NCBI GenBank assembly: GCA_963763115.1
Contig: CAVXNM010000026.1
Span: 7,055-71,054 of the forward strand
Direction of reading: 5' to 3'
DNA: 64,000 nt
Origin: an uncultured Gammaproteobacteria bacterium
GTDB taxonomy: Bacteria; Pseudomonadota; Gammaproteobacteria; UBA9214
Made by a program: the position numbers and the translations under genes. Of this stretch, positions 1 to 8,406 are shown one piece after another. Numbering within the stretch: the first letter of the stretch is position 1; each line of letters opens with the position of its first letter. The notes beneath the pieces are model-generated. The model was not told the DNA's origin and ran no database searches. It saw only the letters and a list, made by a program, of their open reading frames with translations.

Positions 1-141
1 CCTTTACCAGTTATTCCGTGCATCAGGCCGGCCGTAGTCTAAACTTTTAGCAGCAGGTGTTGTTCCTTTCCTGTCACTCAATATTCACTCCGTGTGTATG
101 ACCCTTCTGCCAGATCTTTATATCGAACAGGGTAAGAGAAA

Positions 142-873
142 ATGATTGTTACGAATAGCCAGTCGGGGACAAATGTGCATGAGGTTTCAGAAGGAATTTA
201 TCGCATCAACACACCCGTTGTGTTTGAAAATGGAAACACCTTCTCGTTTAACCAGTATCTTGTTTCTGATGATGAACCGCTGTTGTTCCACACCGGACCA
301 AGAAATATGTTTCCACTGGTGAGTGAAGCCGTCGCGAGCATCCTGCCAGTCGAACGTCTTCGTTACCTGGCCTTTTCCCATGTGGAAGCGGACGAATGCG
401 GGGCGCTCAATGAATGGCTGGCCGTTGCACCAAAATCCATACCTCTGTGTGGCAGAATTGCAGCGATGGTGTCAATTGCAGATCTCGCAGACCGGAGTCC
501 CCGCGCCCTCACGGACGGTGAGGCGTTGTCTCTGGGCAAACACCGCATGCGCTGGTTTGATGCTCCGCATCTGCCTCATGGATGGGACTGTGGATTTTTA
601 ATGGAGGAACAAACCCGTACCTTTCTCTGTGGAGATCTATTCACGCAAGGCGGCGCTGGTCTTCCGCCCGTTACAGAGTCGGACATTCTCGGTCCCAGTG
701 AGGCTTTTCGGCAAAACATGGATTATTACTCATACACGAAAAATGCTCGTGGGATGCTCGAGCGATTAGCCACCACTGAACCAACAACACTTGCCTGTAT
801 GCACGGGAGCGCATGGAGTGGTGATGCAGCAAAACTACTGAGAGCACTCGCCGATTCGCTGACTAGCGGATGA
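142..873 (+). CDS. MBL-fold metallo-hydrolase (ODP-like beta-lactamase-fold protein)
   Basis: 243-aa ORF. Variant metal motif FSHVEADECGALNEW and downstream DAPHLPHGW are typical of MBL-fold proteins. Confidence 0.6.
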   Translation: MIVTNSQSGTNVHEVSEGIYRINTPVVFENGNTFSFNQYLVSDDEPLLFHTGPRNMFPLVSEAVASILPVERLRYLAFSHVEADECGALNEWLAVAPKSIPLCGRIAAMVSIADLADRSPRALTDGEALSLGKHRMRWFDAPHLPHGWDCGFLMEEQTRTFLCGDLFTQGGAGLPPVTESDILGPSEAFRQNMDYYSYTKNARGMLERLATTEPTTLACMHGSAWSGDAAKLLRALADSLTSG

Positions 874-1053
874 ACGCTTAACATGGCGAATTAATTCCAA
901 CCAGTGATGCGGCTGCTCACATCGATTTCCCGGCTGAAAAGGAAGCCGTCTGGTCGGCTTTGTACGGATTCCGTCCGTCGGAATTTCTGCGCGCGTGTGC
1001 CCGTGGTCGGACACGGGCATCCAGAAACATCGCCGTCACAGCGGCACCCATCA

Positions 1054-1130
1054 GCGCCCGTAGTTCAGTTGGATAGCGTACTGCCCCCATAATGCTGGGG
1101 TCGGTGGTTCAAGTCCACCCGTAGCCACCA
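1054..1130 (+). pseudogene. chimeric/degenerate tRNA-like gene: Arg-like 5' half joined in the anticodon loop to a tRNA-Met(CAU) 3' half
   Basis: 77 nt with exact tRNA geometry. The 3' part TGCTG-GGGTC-GGTGG-TTCAAGT-CCACC-CGTAGCC-A-CCA has the elongator tRNA-Met layout. The 5' part GCGCCCG-TA-GTTCAGTTGGATA resembles tRNA-Arg. Acceptor strands pair at only 3 of 7 positions, and the anticodon stem CTGCC/TGCTG does not pair. Confidence 0.55.
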
Positions 1131-1222
1131 TTCAAATTCAAGGTCCTGTGGAACCGGCTCCGCACCCGTCTTTGCACTGGAAATGCGCGGTAAGTGCGGA
1201 GGGTGGTAGAAAGGGGGTATAG
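1088..1222 (+). repeat. tRNA-Met 3'-half module, copy 1 (tRNA half + decayed terminator + GCGCGGTAAGTGCGGAGGGTGG box)
   Basis: CATAATGCTGGGGTCGGTGGTTCAAGTCCACCCGTAGCCACCA followed by conserved downstream sequence. The same module recurs at 6824, 25221 and 51446, with a partial copy at 40332. Confidence 0.8.
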
Positions 1223-1378
1223 AGGATGTAATAGGTGAAGCAGGAGGAATGTATACATCTTGTTGTTCATGTCATTCGCAGCATAAATCAGCCATTTACC
1301 TACTCAGCAGGAAAACCGGGCCAGAGAACGTATATCTCGCCTGTTGGCGCAAATTGTTCCCTGACCCGGGATTTTTCA

Positions 1379-1687
1379 TTACCAAAAGTGCCACCAAGAG
1401 TTATTGTTGTTGTGATGGTGCTGTTTTTTCTGAGTGCATGTTCCGCATGGTTGCTGTTGGGGATAATAATGTGGGTAATAACCTGTGTGATAACCCCGGT
1501 TATAATGCCGGTGATCCGGTGCATGATTACCGTGATATCCCTCATAGTGACCATTCCATCCATGGCTGCCCTGGTGTCCGTCATTATCATAGCGTCCCTC
1601 ATCAGCCCAGGCGTCGCTGCATGGCACCCAGAGGATCATGGCCATGACCGAAGCCAGTATGTGTGAGGATTTGATATGCCTGTACAT
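1379..1687 (-). CDS. secreted His/Tyr/Gly-rich small protein (hypothetical)
   Basis: Signal-peptide-like N-terminus MYRHIKSSHILASVMAMILWVPCSDAWA. GGAGAG Shine-Dalgarno about 6 nt before the ATG. The mature part has roughly 13 His and 9 Tyr in 74 aa. Confidence 0.5.
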   Translation of the reverse strand: MYRHIKSSHILASVMAMILWVPCSDAWADEGRYDNDGHQGSHGWNGHYEGYHGNHAPDHRHYNRGYHTGYYPHYYPQQQPCGTCTQKKQHHHNNNNSWWHFW

Positions 1688-2004
1688 AAATTTCTCTCCT
1701 TCATTATCGGGTTACATGGATTATTAACGTGATAGCCCCGAAAAGGGTGACAGGCTGCGTGCACATGACGATATATAGGCCGGGCTCTGCTGGGGATGTA
1801 AGCCGGTAGTGCATGCACAGGCCTGGCCTGCAGGCTGCTGATAGTGGCTATAATGACAATGCGGATGGGGTACCCTGTCAGCAGGATAAACGCAATTTCT
1901 TCGACGACCGGCATACGCGCAGTGCCAGCACTGCCGTTGGAGTGCTGGAACCAAGCCATTATCCGGCGCACAGGCCAGCCGCTTAACCAACGGGACTGAT
2001 ATGC

Positions 2005-2646
2005 ATGGCCGGTTTTAGTTCGCACTACTCACTGCTACCGCCGGTGGTCAAGGCATTGCTGATCGCCAATGGCCTGATGTTTGTTCTCGAACTGTCCTAT
2101 GGCGAGTCATTGATTGCCAGTCTGGCGCTATGGCCGCTCAATCAGCCGGGCAGTCTCCCGGGTGAATCCATAGCGGCGCATTTCCAGCTGCAGCAGCTGG
2201 TGACCTACAGTTTCCTGCACGGTAGTGTGATGCACCTGTTCCTGAACATGTATGCCTTGTGGCTGTTCGGGGCGCGCATGGAGAATGTGTGGGGCTCCAC
2301 CACGTTTGCCGTTTATTATTTCGTGTGTGTGCTCGGTGCCGGACTGGTGCAGCTGCTGGTGTCCACGCTCAGTGGCGGCTATTACCCGACCGTCGGTGCC
2401 TCCGGTGGTGTCTTCGGTCTGCTGCTCGCGTTTGGCATGCGGTTTCCGAATGAAATACTGCTGCTGATTTTTCCGCCGGTGGCATTGCCCGCCAAGTGGT
2501 TCGTAACGATTTATGCCGCCATCGAGTTGTTGGCTGGCGTGACCGGTACTGCGGCGGGGGTGGCGCATTTTGCCCATCTGGGCGGTATGTTGTTCGGTTA
2601 TCTGCTGATCCGCTACTGGCACAGGTATCCGCCACGATTCCGCTGA
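2005..2646 (+). CDS. rhomboid family intramembrane serine protease
   Basis: 213 aa, multi-TM. Motifs FLHGSVMHLFLNM, GASGGVFG (catalytic Ser) and FAHLGGMLFG (catalytic His). Confidence 0.85.
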   Translation: MAGFSSHYSLLPPVVKALLIANGLMFVLELSYGESLIASLALWPLNQPGSLPGESIAAHFQLQQLVTYSFLHGSVMHLFLNMYALWLFGARMENVWGSTTFAVYYFVCVLGAGLVQLLVSTLSGGYYPTVGASGGVFGLLLAFGMRFPNEILLLIFPPVALPAKWFVTIYAAIELLAGVTGTAAGVAHFAHLGGMLFGYLLIRYWHRYPPRFR

Positions 2647-2741
2647 CAGGGTTTGTGTATCGCCTGCAATACCGGATCATATCGGAGGTATTCCGGTAGA
2701 CGAGCGGGGCGTAAATTTACCGGCCGCTCTGCTGTCCTGAT

Positions 2742-3148
2742 AACTGTGCAGAACGCCATCGTCATCAGGAGTGGCTAACGTTTCTGAAGATGATCAACAA
2801 GCAAACTCCTGCGGACAAAGAGATACGTATTATTTGTGACAACTACGCAACACACAAACACCCGAAAGTGCGTAGCTGGCTGAGATATCACAATCGCTTT
2901 CATAATCACTTCACTCCGACCAGCGCTTCGTGGTTAAACATGGTCGGACGATTTTTTCGAGAACTCACAGATAAACAGCTGCACCGCGGTGTTTCAAGTG
3001 TGTTCCGGAGTTGGAACACGCTGTCCTGCAGTTCATCGACGTTCACAACAAGGCGCCTGCTCCTCTTATCTGGACCAAATCAGCCAGCGACATTCTCGAG
3101 AAAGTTAAGCGCGGCAGGGAAAAAGTCAATAAGTTACAGTCTGTATGA
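2742..3148 (+). pseudogene. IS630-family transposase, C-terminal fragment with frameshift
   Basis: RHRHQEWLTFL...IRIICDNYATHKHPKVRSWL...HFTPTSASWLNMV.RFFRELT. The tail ...FIDVHNKAPAPLIWTKSASDILEKVKRGR continues in another frame (shift near 2990). The N-terminal two thirds are absent. Confidence 0.7.
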
Positions 3149-3548
3149 CGGGGTACCCTAGTTCAGATTGCGTATACAATGTAATAGAAGCTTTTGATTG
3201 CTTTTCATCTGGACCATAGATATTTTTTGTGGCTGTGCTAATCACTTACACGAGATTCATACTTAACAGACTGAATTGTAGAGGCCATTGTTGGGTCGAT
3301 TGTTGTAGATCTATAATCCATCCCCAAATGGCTAATTTCAGTACATTTGAGACCAGCATTGGATTGTGTAGGATGTCTCGTATAGGGCCGGTTCCGGACC
3401 TTAAGCATTGTCTTACACAGCTATCAGACCTGCCCTACAGACTCCCATCACCCACCGCGCCGAACTCACGGCATGGGCATGTCCCGAATGTCAGTCTCCG
3501 CTTTTGTTTTGCATGACCCATGGAATACCAGCTTAAGATATTAGTGCG

Positions 3549-3989
3549 TTACCATTTTTTATAGGGTAAAAACTTCCCGGACATGGTGATTCGTACCCGA
3601 TCACCTTTGGGATCCGGCTCTTTATCTACATCCATGGTGAAATCGATCGCGCTCATAATGCCATCACCAAATTTTTCATGGATTACGGCCTTCAAAGGTA
3701 TTCCATAAACCTGCATGATTTCATAGAAGCGATAAATGAGCGGGTCTGTAGGTACTACGGGACCCAGCCCTTTAGTGGGGCATTCGGTCAGCGCCTCAAT
3801 GACATCAGCGCCAAGGTTCAGAACAGCCGCCAGTTTCTCAGCTTCTTCTTTGGATGCACTTGCTTGACGGTAAAAAAGCGCCGCAATCCAGACTTCATCA
3901 CGGCCGACGGTCTTTTCAAGGTCTGTGAAGCTAAGACCTTTGAGTTTCTTGGCGGCCAAAAGCCTTTCGGTCACTTCCGTACTTTTCAT
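3549..3989 (-). CDS. cynS: cyanate hydratase (cyanase)
   Basis: 146 aa with full-length resemblance to CynS, e.g. [24 protein letters not shown] and the C-terminal DFTMDV...[18 protein letters not shown]. Confidence 0.9.
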   Translation of the reverse strand: MKSTEVTERLLAAKKLKGLSFTDLEKTVGRDEVWIAALFYRQASASKEEAEKLAAVLNLGADVIEALTECPTKGLGPVVPTDPLIYRFYEIMQVYGIPLKAVIHEKFGDGIMSAIDFTMDVDKEPDPKGDRVRITMSGKFLPYKKW

Positions 3990-4088
3990 GTCATCTCTCC
4001 TCTACATTCTGTCGCACCGGCAAGAAATTTGCCCCTTCCGCGAACAGAAATTGCCACAGGAATTATCAGCCTCTCTCATTCCCATTTA

Positions 4089-4301
4089 TCAACCATCCTT
4101 CTCGAGGCACAAGCCAAATTCAAACCTGTCAATTCTGATTCCTTCAGGAAATGCATCCTTCAGGCGTCGCTCAAACTCCTCGTATACTTCCGATTTATGT
4201 TGTTGTACGTCATAGTCGCGAGTTCCAGCACTGACACCTTCCAACTCCATGTCCATCTTGAACTCTACATCAGGAGCAATTTGAAAACGTATAGTGGCCA
4301 T
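4089..4301 (-). CDS. hypothetical small acidic protein
   Basis: 70-aa ORF with a GGAGG Shine-Dalgarno about 8 nt upstream of the ATG. No recognisable motif. Confidence 0.45.
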   Translation of the reverse strand: MATIRFQIAPDVEFKMDMELEGVSAGTRDYDVQQHKSEVYEEFERRLKDAFPEGIRIDRFEFGLCLEKDG

Positions 4302-4468
4302 AAAGAATTCCTCCTTCTCGTTCGAATAGCAGAAGAATTAGTGCGGATCATCAAAATCCTACTCAAAAATATAACTATAGCTCAACTGGATAGCAGCCCC
4401 ACCCAGATGTTTCCAAAGGCTTTTATGCAATTAATTGCATCAAGGGTAAGTTGACCTTGTTCGTCCCA

Positions 4469-4711
4469 GGTTTGGGTCCTGGCGGCCAGAATATCCTATA
4501 TTAATCATTACCTAATGGCATTGAGACCAGGGGATCGCAGTCCCTTGGTGTTAGCCATAGGAGGGCATCGGCAGATACCATGCGTTTCCCTGTATGGGCT
4601 CAGTTGGTCGTCAGATTTCATTGAGTCCACGTTAGGCTTTGCTCATGGTTGTGGTTGATTACTCGAACAGAGGGGCCGTATCAAGGTTCGAGTCCTAGTG
4701 GGTCCATCACC
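4469..4711 (+). repeat. tRNA T-arm-like module A: degenerate T-arm fragment (4469-4490), conserved hairpin (4515-4558), TAGGCTTTGC box, second T-arm/acceptor-like fragment (4682-4711)
   Basis: GGTTTGGGTCCTGGCGGCCAGA and CAAGGTTCGAGTCCTAGTGGGTCCATCACC bracket a unit homologous to 5726-5948 and 6596-6691. Confidence 0.7.
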
Positions 4712-5076
4712 TCAAAAAGGCCTGAGCTGTGTGGCCTCTCACCGCCACCTGAAAGTGGACTAGTCAAGGATGATACAGCTGTATCACTCCTAAACCGCCA
4801 GGAATCTGTCGCCAATTGCGAATAAATTAAGTTTTTTATTTCAGTAGGTTAACAAGTACAACAACTTTTGCGTTGTCAATCAGCGACACAATGCGCACAT
4901 TAATCTGACTTTTTGATGATATCGATGCAACCAGATCGACCTATGCCTATGTTTTATAACAGCTTTGAGACTATTGGCATACTTTTGCATATATAGCACA
5001 GCAACACAGGTAATTGCTTTTTTACAAAAGATAGTTCTTCGCACATCAAACGAAATCAATTGCTAGGAGAGATTAG

Positions 5077-5628
5077 ATGGATAAGTCAATGGTTACAGGT
5101 ATCGTGGTTGGTCTGGTTGCTGCCACTGCCGGTGGCTCGATTGCCGGCTATAAGATGCTCGCTAACAATGAACCTGCATATGCCGAGGTTCTCGATATCG
5201 AGGAAATCACAACCACTGTCCAGACACCGCGTGAAATCTGTGAGGATGTGCCTGTTACTCTGGAAAAACCGACCCAAGACCCAAATAGGGTCGTTGGTAC
5301 CGTTGCTGGTGCAGTATTAGGCGGGGTACTGGGTAACCAGATTGGTAGTGGCACCGGCAAGAAGATAGCCACTGTCGCTGGGGCTGCAGCCGGAGGTTAT
5401 GCTGGCAATAAGGTGCAGGAGAAAATGCAGTCCAACAACACCTACACCACAACAGAACGTCACTGCCACACTGTCAACGAAAACCAAGAAGAAGTGATCG
5501 GTTACAACGTCAGCTACCGCCTGGGAAATGAGAAGGGCAAAGTACGCATGGATGAAAAACCAAGTGATCGAATTCCGGTTGAAAACGGTCAGCTTGTGCT
5601 AAGCACCTTTGATGAGACCACACCATAA
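5077..5628 (+). CDS. glycine-zipper 2TM / 17-kDa-antigen-type outer membrane lipoprotein-like protein
   Basis: 183 aa. N-terminal TM segment and glycine-zipper segment GAVLGGVLGNQIGSGTGKKIATVAGAAAGGYAGNKV. AGGAGA Shine-Dalgarno before the ATG. Confidence 0.7.
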   Translation: MDKSMVTGIVVGLVAATAGGSIAGYKMLANNEPAYAEVLDIEEITTTVQTPREICEDVPVTLEKPTQDPNRVVGTVAGAVLGGVLGNQIGSGTGKKIATVAGAAAGGYAGNKVQEKMQSNNTYTTTERHCHTVNENQEEVIGYNVSYRLGNEKGKVRMDEKPSDRIPVENGQLVLSTFDETTP

Positions 5629-5725
5629 ACAGTAGTAACGGAAATTTGATCTGACAGTCACCAATTTTACAGGGGTTGCATTCAGGTCGAGTTCAATTCA
5701 CGAACTTTTCCACCTATGCAACACT

Positions 5726-5948
5726 GGGCGGTACGATTCAGTTGTCCGATCTGGTATCCCACTATTTGAGTTCGAGTCCTGGCGGGCCCACCACTTCCCA
5801 TAGAAATCATTAGCTTATGGCGCCGAGACCAAGGGATCGGAGTCCCCTGGTGTGATCCATAAAGGGATGTCCAGCGCCGAGCTCGGGCAGTCGATCTGCC
5901 ATCAGACACACAATTCCATCCATGCTAGGCTTTGCCCATGATTGTGGG
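5726..5948 (+). repeat. tRNA T-arm-like module B: decayed tRNA-like stretch ending GAGTTCGAGTCCTGGCGGGCCCACCA (5768-5793), conserved hairpin (5815-5862), TAGGCTTTGC box
   Basis: Alignable by eye to modules A and C. Only this copy keeps a CCA end. The upstream GGGCGGT...GATTCAGTTG looks like a decayed acceptor/D-arm. Confidence 0.7.
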
Positions 5949-6300
5949 CAGTTACACAAGCCGCGACTATTGGAAAGACATTATTCTCTAGCAGAAGCGG
6001 ACATTCACGTTGACCACGTATTACCTAGGCAAGTCATATATATCACGATGAGATATGGAATCTTGTGCTGTCACACTCCTTTTGTAACACGCAAAAGTCA
6101 GACCACTTGGTTGGGCCAGAATACATAGAGAAATTGATCGCACGAAACGAAAACATCATGGGCAGCAAACTGTGATGCACTTTCGTTGCCATCTGATCCC
6201 CAGATACATCGGCGACATGGATGATCCAAAAGGCGGTGTGAGAGGAGTCATACCTTCCAAGCAAGCGTATTGATAGTCTTCAATATTAGAGGTTATAACG

Positions 6301-6579
6301 ATGCACAGAATGCTATTGCTGTTCTTCCTCAGCATTGCGCTGGGCGGCTGTTCGGAAGAACAGCAGAACCGTCTGAGCCGTCTTGGGGTAACCTGGATGG
6401 AGGGCAATTATCGGGTAACCTACGCCGATGGAGCACATGTCAAAAGTTGGGAAGTGCACGACGGCAAGGTTACGTCCGAACCTGACAAAGGGTATTATTT
6501 CTTCTGGGCTAATGAAGGCAAAAAACGTTACTACGTGCAAACGCCGATTGCCAGGACATATATAGAGGAAATTCCATAA
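6301..6579 (+). CDS. hypothetical lipoprotein
   Basis: 92 aa. Signal peptide with lipobox MHRMLLLFFLSIALGGC. Confidence 0.6.
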   Translation: MHRMLLLFFLSIALGGCSEEQQNRLSRLGVTWMEGNYRVTYADGAHVKSWEVHDGKVTSEPDKGYYFFWANEGKKRYYVQTPIARTYIEEIP

Positions 6580-6595
6580 TTCAGAAACAGAACTC

Positions 6596-6691
6596 GGTAG
6601 TTCGAGTCTTGGCGGGCCTACTATCTATCATGCAAATCATAGCGTTATGGCATTGAGGACAGGGGATCGGAGTCCCTTGGTGCAATCCATA
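6596..6691 (+). repeat. tRNA T-arm-like module C: GGTAGTTCGAGTCTTGGCGGGCCTACTA + conserved hairpin (6645-6691)
   Basis: Starts 17 nt after the stop of the lipoprotein gene. Homologous to modules A and B. Confidence 0.7.
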
Positions 6692-6823
6692 GCGGGCTGG
6701 CCGGCTCGGGGCTTCGGGTGAGGGGCGCGGGGGGCACTCTCCTAGTAATCATTGGCCTTTCACCATCGTGTAATTTTTCACCGTTGAGCTTCCGATAGAC
6801 GAACGTGGATATGTAATTTTGCC

Positions 6824-6950
6824 CTCATAATGCTGGGGTCGGTGGTTCAAGTCCACCCGTAGCCACCATTTATTATCAGTTACTTATCAAGCCGGCCCTG
6901 TGCCGTTTTTTTGTTGAAAGTGCGGGGTAAGTGCGGAGGGTGGAGGAGGT
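6824..6950 (+). repeat. tRNA-Met 3'-half module, copy 2
   Basis: Identity starts in the anticodon loop (CTCATAA) and runs through CCA (6868), a short terminator hairpin + T7, and GTGCGGGGTAAGTGCGGAGGGTGG. Confidence 0.85.
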
Positions 6951-7007
6951 ATTAAAGCAAGAGTGCCACAAGATTAGCTATTAGGGTATGTACCCGAGCT
7001 GACACCC

Positions 7008-7765
7008 ATGCTCAAACAGCTTCGCCTGTCAGGGCTACTCGATAGCCTCGACGCACGTAATCGGGAGGCGATCGAGAAACACCTCACCTACCCAGAGTTT
7101 CTCGCTCTGGTCATTCAAGACGAAGCCGGGCGCCGTGAACAGAAGAAGTACGGTATGCGTCTGCGTCGTTCCGGTTTCCGCGGCGACAAGCTACTGGAAG
7201 GCTTCGACTTCGACTTTAATCCGGGCATCAACCAGCAACTCATCAACGAGCTCGCTCAGTGCCGGTTCATCGAAGAGAAAGTCTCCGTTCTGATCGCGCT
7301 GGCCCCTGTGGTACTGGCAAGAGCCATATCGCACAAGCCATTGGCCACTGCGCGGTTCGACTGGGCTACGATGTGATGTTCACCTCGCAGTCCAGCCTGC
7401 TCTCGCAGATCAATGCCGCTCGTGCTACTGGGGCCATCGAGCGCAAAATGCAGACACTGATCCGCATCCCGCTGATCATTATCGACGACTTCGGTCTCAA
7501 GCCGCTCAAGCCCGGTCAAGACGAAGACTTCCACGATCTCGTCGCCGAACGCTACGAGCGCACCGCGACCGTCATCACCAGCAATCTCGACTTCACTGAA
7601 TGGGGTGAGGCGTTCCCGAACAAACTACTCGGCGCCTCGACGCTCGATCGGCTTCGTCATGCGGCTTACCGACTGGTACTCGACGGAAAAAGCTATCGCA
7701 CGCCGCGTGGTGAAGCTGAAGCTGATAAATCAGTGGTTGCAAAGGCACCCAAAACCGCGAAATAA
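7008..7765 (+). pseudogene. istB: IS21-family helper ATPase IstB, frameshifted; no IstA present
   Basis: MLKQLRLSGLLDSL... continues after a frameshift near 7305-7312 with Walker A GPCGTGKSHIAQAIG and LIIIDDFG. Confidence 0.8.
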
Positions 7766-8353
7766 TTACCCCGTCTGAAGCGTCGAAATCGCGCTCCACC
7801 GTGGCGCCTTTAGGGCGAACATCGGTGGCTCCATTAGCTGATCAGTGACATGTTTCGCAGTCTCCTCATCCATGGTGTTTCCCGACGCTGCAGGCGGCTC
7901 GCCCTCTTCGCCCTCGCTTGTTCTCTTGGTTCTCCGCTTCGGCTTGGCGCTTTCCACCGCATCGATGACCGCTCCTTGAAATACATCAAGCACCGACTGA
8001 TCCATGCGCTTGCGGATCTCCACAAATAACGACGGCGCAAACGGTGCCTCCATCTGATACCCCGGCAGTCCCACGAAGTATTGCAGATACGGATTCTCTC
8101 GGATCTGCTCCACCGCCTCCTCATCTGACAGGCAGAGCTAGTGTTTAATGATGACCGCACCAATGACCAGCCGCGCATCTTTGGCGGGACGTCCTTCTCG
8201 CTCGGTGAGGCTTTGATAATAGCCTTCTGCCAGCTCATCCCAGGGAATGCACTGACTCATTTTTACCCAACGGTTGTTTTCATCCAGGGCGACCTGAAAC
8301 GGCCAGTCGAATTCGGCAAGGGAGAGTTGTTTCTGGCTGCGATATCGAATCAT
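7766..8353 (-). pseudogene. IS5/IS1182-type (DUF772 N-terminal domain) transposase fragment with an internal stop
   Basis: SLAEFDWPF...NRWVKMSQCIPWDELAEGYY then ENPYLQYFVGLPGYQ. An in-frame stop lies between the two ORFs. The C-terminal catalytic part is missing and abuts the IstB end. Confidence 0.6.
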
Positions 8354-8406
8354 AGGTGCACGCTTTCCAAATAGATTCCTTTATTTTCCGTGCACTATGC
8401 GGCCGT

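Noticed and set aside
1235-2025. + strand ORFs 1235..1666 and 1249..1647, and minus-strand ORFs 1636..2025 and 1724..1990.
   Set aside because: The + strand ORFs are hydrophobic mirror images of the His/Tyr-rich gene, and AGGAGG is only 1 nt from their ATG. The 1636..2025 ORF overlaps the downstream gene by 52 nt and has no motif. It may be real but is unsupported.
3678-4454. A 258-aa + strand ORF spanning cynS and the 70-aa gene.
   Set aside because: It is antisense to a full-length cyanase and to a small ORF with a strong Shine-Dalgarno. It has no motif and an odd composition.
4631-4637. GTTAGGC in module A (GCTAGGC in module B) resembles the integron attC R' core site GTTRRRY, and the gene-repeat-gene layout resembles a cassette array.
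   Set aside because: There is no inverse core (RYYYAAC) at the expected distance and no intI gene. The modules are longer than typical attC sites and structured differently. I kept it only as one hypothesis within the module finding.
4469-6691. The idea that the T-arm-like modules are a (two-piece) tmRNA gene or ssrA fragments.
   Set aside because: There is no tag-like reading frame ending in an Ala-Ala stop, and no 5' acceptor strand complementary to CGGGCCC after the CCA. Position 70 would be C rather than the U needed for a G3:U70 pair. The T-stems do not pair in most copies.
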